64,000 nucleotides of DNA from Azolla caroliniana (taxonomy: Eukaryota > Plantae > Polypodiophyta): the NCBI GenBank assembly GCA_043228905.1, contig JBHGNT010000046.1, forward strand, positions 62,001-126,000. Direction: 5' to 3'. A model generated the notes under the pieces. That model saw nothing but the letters and a program-made list of their open reading frames with translations. It searched no databases and was not told the origin of the DNA. Every line of letters begins with the position of its first letter. Within the stretch, counting starts at the first letter, position 1. Of this stretch, positions 54,701-64,000 are shown piece after piece. The position numbers were made by a program, and so were the translations under genes.

Positions 54701-57700
54701 GCAAGGAATGAACATTTTAATTTACTCAAGGGCTCTTCTCAACTCACTCCTCAAATTTGGTAATTTCATCATGTCTCTCGACTTGAGTTTCAAAATCTTG
54801 ATTTTTTAATTCCATATCATAGCTAGCGCTGTTAGCTTCGATTCGCATGTTTGAACACAAAAATCCGATATCACACGAGCAAGGAATGAACATTTTCATT
54901 TACTCAAGGGCTCCTCTCAACTCACTCCTCAAATTTGGTAATTTCGTCATGTCTCTCGACCTGAGTTTCAAAATCTTGATTTTTTAATGCCATATCATAG
55001 CTAGCGTTGTTAGCTTCGATTCGCATGTTTGAACACAAACATCCGATATCACACGAGCAAGGAATGAACATTTTAATTTACTCAAGGGCTCCTCTCAACT
55101 CCCTCCTAAAATTTGGTAATTTCATCATGTCTTTCGACCTGAGTTTCAAAATCTCGATTTTTTAATTCCATAGCATAGCTAGTGCTGTTAGCTTCGATTC
55201 GCATGTTTGAACACAAACATCCGATATCACACGAGCAAGGAATGAACATTTTAATTTACTCAAGGGCTCCTCTCAACTCACTCCTCAAATTTGGTAATTT
55301 CATCATGTCTCTCGACCTGAGTTTCAAAATCTTGATTTTTTAATTCCATATCATAGCTAGCGTTGTTAGCTTCGATTCGCATGTTTGAGCACAAAAATTC
55401 GATATCACACTCGCCAGGTATGAACATTTTAATTTACTCAAGGCCTCCTCTCAACTAACTCCTCAAATTTGGTAATTTCGTCATGTCTCTCGACCTGAGT
55501 TTCAAAATCTTGATTTTTTAATTCCATATCATAGCTAGCGTTGTTAGCTTCGATTCGCATGTTTGAACACAAAAATCCGATAGCACACTAGCCAGGTATG
55601 AACATTTTAATTTACTCAAGGGCTCCTTTCAACTCACTCCTCAAATATGGTAATTTCGTCATGTCTCTCGACCTGAGTTTCAAAATCTTGATTTTTTAAT
55701 TCCATATCATAGCTAGTGCTGTTAGCTTCGATTCGCATGTTTGAACACAAACATCCGATATAACACGAGCAAGGAATGAACATTTTAATTTACTCAAGGG
55801 CTCCTCTCAACTCCCTCCTAAAATTTGGTAATTTCATCATGTCCCTCTACCTGAGTTTCAAAATCTTGATTTTTTAATTCTATATCATAGCTAGCGTTGT
55901 TAGCTTCGATTCGCATGTTTGAACACAAAAATCCGATATGACACTCGCGAGGTATGAACATTTTAATTTTCCTACTAGCTCTTCCCAACTCACTCCTCAA
56001 ATTTGGTAATTTCGTCATGCCTCTCGACCTGAGTTTCAAAATCTTGATTTTTTAATTCCATATCATAGCTAGCGTTGTTAGCTTCGATTCGCATGTTTGA
56101 ACACAAAAATCCGATATTACACGAGCCAGGTATGAACATTGTATTTTACTCAAGGGCTCCTCTGAACTCCCTCCTAAAATTTGGTAATTTCATCATGTCT
56201 TTCGACCTGAGTTTCAAAATCTCGATTTTTTAATTCCATATCATAGCTAGTGTTGTTAGCTTCGATTCGCATGTTTGAGCACAAAAATCCGATATCACAC
56301 GAGCCACGTATGAACATTTTATTTTACCTCCAAGCTATTCTCAACTCACTCGTCAAATTTGGTAATTTCGTCATGTCTCTCGACCTGAGTTTCAAAATCT
56401 TGATTTTTTAATTCCATATCATAGCTAGCGCTGTTAGCTTCGATTCGCATGTTTGAACACAAAAATCCGATATCACACGAGCAAGGAATGAACATTTTCA
56501 TTTACTCAAGGGCTCCTCTCAACTCACTCCTCAAATTTGGTAATTTCGTCATGTCTCTCGACCTGAGTTTCAAAATCTTGATTTTTTAATGCCATATCAT
56601 AGCTAGCGTTGTTAGCTTCGATTCGCATGTTTGAACACAAACATCCGATATCACACGAGCAAGGAATGAACATTTTAATTTACTCAAGGGCTCCTCTCAA
56701 CTCCCTCCTAAAATTTGGTAATTTCATCATGTCTTTCGACCTGAGTTTCAAAATCTCGATTTTTTAATTCCATAGCATAGCTAGTGCTGTTAGCTTCGAT
56801 ACGCATGTTTGAACACAAACATCCGATATCACACGAGCAAGGAATGAACATTTTAATTTACTCAAGGGCTCCTCTCAACTCACTCCTCAAATTTGGTAAT
56901 TTCATCATGTCTCTCGACCTGAGTTTCAAAATCTTGATTTTTTAATTCCATATCATAGCTAGCGTTGTTAGCTTCGATTCGCATGTTTGAGCACAAAAAT
57001 TCGATATCACACTCGCCAGGTATGAACATTTTAATTTACTCAAGGCCTCCTCTCAACTAACTCCTCAAATTTGGTAATTTCGTCATGTCTCTCGACCTGA
57101 GTTTCAAAATCTTGATTTTTTAATTCCATATCATAGCTAGCGTTGTTAGCTTCGATTCGCATGTTTGAACACAAAAATCCGATATCACACGAGCTAGGTA
57201 TGAACATTTTAATTTACTCAAGGGCTCCTCTCAACTCACTCCTCAAATATGGTAATTTCGTCATGTCTCTCGACCTGAGTTTCAAAATCTTGATTTTTTA
57301 TTTCTATATCATAGCTAGCGTTGTTAGCTTCGATTCGCATGTTTGAACACAAAAATGCGATATAACACGAGCCAGGTATGAACATTTTAATTTACCTCCA
57401 AGCTATTCTCAACTGTCTCCTCAAATTTGCTAATTTCATCATGTCTCTCGACCTGAGTTTCAAAATCTTGATTTTTTAATTCTATATCATAGCTAGCGTT
57501 GTTAGCTTCGATTCGCATGTTTGAACACAAAAATTCGATATCACACTCGCCAGGTATGAACATTTTAATTTACTCAAGGGCTCCTCTCAACTCACTCCTC
57601 AAATTTGGTAATTTCGTCATGTCTCTCGACCTGAGTTTCAAAATCTTGATTTTTTAATTCGATATCATAGCTAGCGTTGTTAGCTTCGATTCGCATGTTT

Positions 57701-60700
57701 GAACACAAAAATCCGATAGCACACTAGCCAGGTATGAACATTTTAATTTACTCAAGGGCTCCTCTCAACTCACTCCTGAAATTTGGTAATTTCATCATGT
57801 CTCTTGACTTGAGTTTCAAAATCTTGATTTTTTAATTCCATATCATAGCTAGTGCTGTTAGCTTCGATTCGCATGTTTGAACACAAACATCCGATATCAC
57901 ACGAGCAAGGAATGAACATTTTAATTTACTCAAGGGCTCTTCTCAACTCACTCCTCAAATTTGGTAATTTCATCATGTCTCTCGACTTGAGTTTCAAAAT
58001 CTTGATTTTTTAATTCCATATCATAGCTAGCGCTGTTAGCTTCGATTCGCATGTTTGAACACAAAAATCCGATATCACACGAGCAAGGAATGAACATTTT
58101 CATTTACTCAAGGGCTCCTCTCAACTCACTCCTCAAATTTGGTAATTTCGTCATGTCTCTCGACCTGAGTTTCAAAATCTTGATTTTTTAATGCCATATC
58201 ATAGCTAGCGTTGTTAGCTTCGATTCGCATGTTTGAACACAAACATCCGATATCACACGAGCAAGGAATGAACATTTTAATTTACTCAAGGGCTCCTCTC
58301 AACTCCCTCCTAAAATTTGGTAATTTCATCATGTCTTTCGACCTGAGTTTCAAAATCTCGATTTTTTAATTCCATAGCATAGCTAGTGCTGTTAGCTTCG
58401 ATACGCATGTTTGAACACAAACATCCGATATCACACGAGCAAGGAATGAACATTTTAATTTACTCAAGGGCTCCTCTCAACTCACTCCTCAAATTTGGTA
58501 ATTTCATCATGTCTCTCGACCTGAGTTTCAAAATCTTGATTTTTTAATTCCATATCATAGCTAGCGTTGTTAGCTTCGATTCGCATGTTTGAGCACAAAA
58601 ATTCGATATCACACTCGCCAGGTATGAACATTTTAATTTACTCAAGGCCTCCTCTCAACTAACTCCTCAAATTTGGTAATTTCGTCATGTCTCTCGACCT
58701 GAGTTTCAAAATCTTGATTTTTTAATTCCATATCATAGCTAGCGTTGTTAGCTTCGATTCGCATGTTTGAACACAAAAATCCGATATCACACGAGCTAGG
58801 TATGAACATTTTAATTTACTCAAGGGCTCCTCTCAACTCACTCCTCAAATATGGTAATTTCGTCATGTCTCTCGACCTGAGTTTCAAAATCTTGATTTTT
58901 TATTTCTATATCATAGCTAGCGTTGTTAGCTTCGATTCGCATGTTTGAACACAAAAATGCGATATAACACGAGCCAGGTATGAACATTTTAATTTACCTC
59001 CAAGCTATTCTCAACTGTCTCCTCAAATTTGCTAATTTCATCATGTCTCTCGACCTGAGTTTCAAAATCTTGATTTTTTAATTCTATATCATAGCTAGCG
59101 TTGTTATCTTCGATTCGCATGTTTGAACACAAAAATTCGATATCACACTCGCCAGGTATGAACATTTTAATTTACTCAAGGGCTCCTCTCAACTCACTCC
59201 TCAAATTTGGTAATTTCGTCATGTCTCTCGACCTGAGTTTCAAAATCTTGATTTTTTAATTCGATATCATAGCTAGCGTTGTTAGCTTCGATTCGCATGT
59301 TTGAACACAAAAATCCGATATCACACTCGCCAGGTATGAACATTTTAATTTACTCAAGGGCTCCTCTCAACTCACTCCTCAAATTTGGTAATTTCGTCAT
59401 GTCTCTCGACCTGAGTTTCAAAATCTTGATTTTTTAATTCGATATCATAGCTAGCGTTGTTAGCTTCGATTCGCATGTTTGAACACAAAAATCCGATAGC
59501 ACACTAGCCAGGTATGAACATTTTAATTTACTCAAGGGCTCCTCTCAACTCACTCCTGAAATTTGGTAATTTAATCATGTCTCTTGACTTGAGTTTCAAA
59601 ATCTTGATTTTTTAATTCCATATCATAGCTAGTGCTGTTAGCTTCGATTCGCATGTTTGAACACAAACATCCGATATCACACGAGCAAGGAATGAACATT
59701 TTAATTTACTCAAGGGCTCTTCTCAACTCACTCCTCAAATTTGGTAATTTCATTATGTCTCTCGACTTGAGTTTCAAAATCTTGATTTTTTAATTCCATA
59801 TCATAGCTAGCGCTGTTAGCTTCGATTCGCATGTTTGAACACAAAAATCCGATATCACACGAGCAAGGAATGAACATTTTCATTTACTCAAGGGCTCCTC
59901 TCAACTCACTCCTCAAATTTGGTAATTTCGTCATGTCTCTCGACCTGAGTTTCAAAATCTTGATTTTTTAATGCCATATCATAGCTAGCGTTGTTAGCTT
60001 CGATTCGCATGTTTGAACACAAACATCCGATATCACACGAGCAAGGAATGAACATTTTAATTTACTCAAGGGCTCCTCTCAACTCCCTCCTAAAATTTGG
60101 TAATTTCATCATGTCTTTCGACCTGAGTTTCAAAATCTCGATTTTTTAATTCCATAGCATAGCTAGTGCTGTTAGCTTCGATTCGCATGTTTGAACACAA
60201 ACATCCGATATCACACGAGCAAGGAATGAACATTTTAATTTACTCAAGGGCTCCTCTCAACTCACTCCTCAAATTTGGTAATTTCATCATGTCTCTCGAC
60301 CTGAGTTTCAAAATCTTGATTTTTTAATTCCATATCATAGCTAGCGTTGTTAGCTTCGATTCGCATGTTTGAGCACAAAAATTCGATATCACACTCGCCA
60401 GGTATGAACATTTTAATTTACTCAAGGCCTCCTCTCAACTAACTCCTCAAATTTGGTAATTTCATCATGTCTCTCGACCTGAGTTTCAAAATCTTGATTT
60501 TTTAATTCCATATCATAGCTAGCGTTGTTAGCTTCGATTCGCATGTTTGAACACAAAAATCCGATAGCACACTAGCCAGGTATGAACATTTTAATTTACT
60601 CAAGGGCTCCTTTCAACTCACTCCTCAAATATGGTAATTTCGTCATGTCTCTCGACCTGAGTTTCAAAATCTTGATTTTTTATTTCGATATCATAGCTAG

Positions 60701-63700
60701 CGTTGTTAGCTTCGATTCGCATGTTTGAACACAAAAATGCGATATAACACGAGCCAGGTATGAACATTTTAATTTACCTCCAAGCTATTCTCAACTGTCT
60801 CCTCAAATTTGCTAATTTCATCATGTCTCTCGACCTGAGTTTCAAAATCTTGATTTTTTAATTCTATATCATAGCTAGCGTTGTTATCTTCGATTCGCAT
60901 GTTTGAACACAAAAATTCGATATCACACTCGCCAGGTATGAACATTTTAATTTACTCAAGGGCTCCTCTCAACTCACTCCTCAAATTTGGTAATTTCGTC
61001 ATGTCTCTCGACCTGAGTTTCAAAATCTTGATTTTTTAATTCGATATCATAGCTAGCGTTGTTAGCTTCGATTCGCATGTTTGAACACAAAAATCCGATA
61101 GCACACGAGCCAGGTATGAACATTTTTATTTACTCAAGGGCTCCTCTCAACTCACTCCTTAAATTTGGTAATTTCATCATGTCTCTCGACTTGAGTTTCA
61201 AAATCTTGATTTTTTAATTCCATATCATAGCTAGTGCTGTTAGCTTCGATTCGCATGTTTGAACACAAACATCCGATATCACACGAGCAAGGAATGAACA
61301 TTTTAATTTACTCAAGGGCTCCTCTCAACTCACTCCTCAAATTTGGTAATTTCATCATGTCTCTCGACTTGAGTTTCAAAATCTTGATTTTTTAATTCCA
61401 TATCATAGCTAGTGCTGTTAGCTTCGATTCGCATGTTTGAACACAAACATCCGATATAACACGAGCAAGGAATGAACATTTTAATTTACTCAAGGGCTCC
61501 TCTCAACTCCCTCCTAAAATTTGGTAATTTCATCATGTCCCTCTACCTGAGTTTCAAAATCTTGATTTTTTAATTCTATATCATAGCTAGCGTTGTTAGC
61601 TTCGATTCGCATGTTTGAACACAAAAATCCGATATGACACTCGCGAGGTATGAACATTTTAATTTTCCTACTAGCTCTTCCCAACTCACTCCTCAAATTT
61701 GGTAATTTCGTCATGTCTCTCGACCTGAGTTTCAAAATCTTGATTTTTTAATTCCATATCATAGGTAGCGTTGTTAGCTTCGATTCGCATGTTTGAACAC
61801 AAAAATCCGATATTACACGAGCCAGGTATGAACATTGTATTTTACTCAAGGGCTCCTCTGAACTCCCTCCTAAAATTTGGTAATTTCATCATGTCTTTCG
61901 ACCTGAGTTTCAAAATCTCGATTTTTTAATTCCATATCATAGCTAGTGTTGTTAGCTTCGATTCGCATGTTTGAGCACAAAAATCCGATATCACACGAGC
62001 CACGTATGAACATTTTATTTTACCTCCAAGCTATTCTCAACTCACTCGTCAAATTTGGTAATTTCGTCATGTCTCTCGACCTGAGTTTCAAAATCTTGAT
62101 TTTTTAATTCCATATCATAGCTAGCGCTGTTAGCTTCGATTCGCATGTTTGAACACAAAAATCCGATATCACACGAGCAAGGAATGAACATTTTCATTTA
62201 CTCAAGGGCTCCTCTCAACTCACTCCTCAAATTTGGTAATTTCGTCATGTCTCTCGACCTGAGTTTCAAAATCTTGATTTTTTAATGCCATATCATAGCT
62301 AGCGTTGTTAGCTTCGATTCGCATGTTTGAACACAAACATCCGATATCACACGAGCAAGGAATGAACATTTTAATTTACTCAAGGGCTCCTCTCAACTCC
62401 CTCCTAAAATTTGGTAATTTCATCATGTCTTTCGACCTGAGTTTCAAAATCTCGATTTTTTAATTCCATAGCATAGCTAGTGCTGTTAGCTTCGATACGC
62501 ATGTTTGAACACAAACATCCGATATCACACGAGCAAGGAATGAACATTTTAATTTACTCAAGGGCTCCTCTCAACTCACTCCTCAAATTTGGTAATTTCA
62601 TCATGTCTCTCGACCTGAGTTTCAAAATCTTGATTTTTTAATTCCATATCATAGCTAGCGTTGTTAGCTTCGATTCGCATGTTTGAGCACAAAAATTCGA
62701 TATCACACTCGCCAGGTATGAACATTTTAATTTACTCAAGGCCTCCTCTCAACTAACTCCTCAAATTTGGTAATTTCGTCATGTCTCTCGACCTGAGTTT
62801 CAAAATCTTGATTTTTTAATTCCATATCATAGCTAGCGTTGTTAGCTTCGATTCGCATGTTTGAACACAAAAATCCGATATCACACGAGCTAGGTATGAA
62901 CATTTTAATTTACTCAAGGGCTCCTCTCAACTCACTCCTCAAATATGGTAATTTCGTCATGTCTCTCGACCTGAGTTTCAAAATCTTGATTTTTTATTTC
63001 TATATCATAGCTAGCGTTGTTAGCTTCGATTCGCATGTTTGAACACAAAAATGCGATATAACACGAGCCAGGTATGAACATTTTAATTTACCTCCAAGCT
63101 ATTCTCAACTGTCTCCTCAAATTTGCTAATTTCATCATGTCTCTCGACCTGAGTTTCAAAATCTTGATTTTTTAATTCTATATCATAGCTAGCGTTGTTA
63201 GCTTCGATTCGCATGTTTGAACACAAAAATTCGATATCACACTCGCCAGGTATGAACATTTTAATTTACTCAAGGGCTCCTCTCAACTCACTCCTCAAAT
63301 TTGGTAATTTCGTCATGTCTCTCGACCTGAGTTTCAAAATCTTGATTTTTTAATTCGATATCATAGCTAGCGTTGTTAGCTTCGATTCGCATGTTTGAAC
63401 ACAAAAATCCGATAGCACACTAGCCAGGTATGAACATTTTAATTTACTCAAGGGCTCCTCTCAACTCACTCCTGAAATTTGGTAATTTCATCATGTCTCT
63501 TGACTTGAGTTTCAAAATCTTGATTTTTTAATTCCATATCATAGCTAGTGCTGTTAGCTTCGATTCGCATGTTTGAACACAAACATCCGATATCACACGA
63601 GCAAGGAATGAACATTTTAATTTACTCAAGGGCTCTTCTCAACTCACTCCTCAAATTTGGTAATTTCATCATGTCTCTCGACTTGAGTTTCAAAATCTTG

Positions 63701-64000
63701 ATTTTTTAATTCCATATCATAGCTAGCGCTGTTAGCTTCGATTCGCATGTTTGAACACAAAAATCCGATATCACACGAGCAAGGAATGAACATTTTCATT
63801 TACTCAAGGGCTCCTCTCAACTCACTCCTCAAATTTGGTAATTTCGTCATGTCTCTCGACCTGAGTTTCAAAATCTTGATTTTTTAATGCCATATCATAG
63901 CTAGCGTTGTTAGCTTCGATTCGCATGTTTGAACACAAACATCCGATATCACACGAGCAAGGAATGAACATTTTAATTTACTCAAGGGCTCCTCTCAACT
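47000..64000 (+). repeat. 22-monomer HOR domain (13-mer + 9-mer) with 16- and 32-monomer structural variants
   Basis: The marker monomer gatatgacactcgcgagg (ORFs 49054, 52970, 55818, 61514) is spaced 22, 16 and 32 monomers apart. The marker gagctagg..aatatgg (ORFs 48065, 50379, 57143, 58745, 62839) shows 13- and 9-monomer spacings. Confidence 0.88.

Larger units (their letters stand above)
1..64000 (+). repeat. Tandem satellite DNA array, 178-bp monomer, about 357 copies head-to-tail; centromere/pericentromere-like satellite of unidentified family
   Basis: The unit tttttaattc(c/g)atatcatagctagcgttgttagcttcgattcgcatgtttgaacacaaaaatccgatatcacacgagccaggtatgaacattttaatttactcaagggctcctctcaactcactcctcaaatttggtaatttcgtcatgtctctcgacctgagtttcaaaatcttgat recurs every 178 bp (a6 to a184; 27+5x178=917). 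The array runs off both window ends. Centromeric function is inferred only from monomer size and HOR organisation. Confidence 0.98.

Noticed and set aside
1619-63042. Recurrent 60-81 aa ORFs on both strands (MKLRSRDMTK..., MLASIRMFEHKN...)
   Set aside because: These are translations of the repeat that appear wherever a variant removes a stop codon. Since 178 is not a multiple of 3, no frame persists across monomers.
1-64000. CRISPR array or other repeat-spacer system
   Set aside because: There are no unique spacers. The variable segments are a few recurring alleles of homologous sequence, and no cas genes are present.
1-64000. Tandem 5S rRNA, tRNA or snRNA gene array
   Set aside because: I find no recognisable 5S, tRNA cloverleaf or snRNA sequence, and no gene-plus-spacer organisation.
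1-64000. Embedded transposon, inversion or telomeric repeat
   Set aside because: The monomer register is accounted for across the full window (10x51 bp plus 2 bp), which leaves no room for an insertion. No strand switch was seen.

Overview
The whole 64-kb window is one uninterrupted head-to-tail tandem satellite array with a 178-bp monomer. It holds about 357 monomers, all in one orientation, and my hand-built consensus is about 38% GC. I see no genes, RNA genes, transposon insertions or CRISPR spacers. All listed ORFs are recurrent read-throughs of the repeat, although their coordinates are useful as phase markers. The nucleosome-sized monomer and the higher-order repeats (HORs) resemble eukaryotic centromeric or pericentromeric satellite. 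That role is inference: I cannot name the family or species, and it does not match my recollection of Arabidopsis CEN178 or primate alpha satellite. The interesting content is architectural. (1) Ten 229-bp monomers carry a chimeric 51-bp internal duplication and are confined to 0.9-9.3 kb. (2) Length is almost perfectly conserved otherwise, with a single +2 bp indel near 46955. (3) One roughly 18-bp box exists in three strongly diverged allelic forms inside an otherwise conserved monomer. (4) Local HORs (7-, 9-, 10-, 13- and 22-mers) form a patchwork with long-range block copies. (5) The terminal 22-mer HOR has 16- and 32-monomer variants whose monomer gains and losses can be counted. No protein-coding biological system is supported by this sequence.
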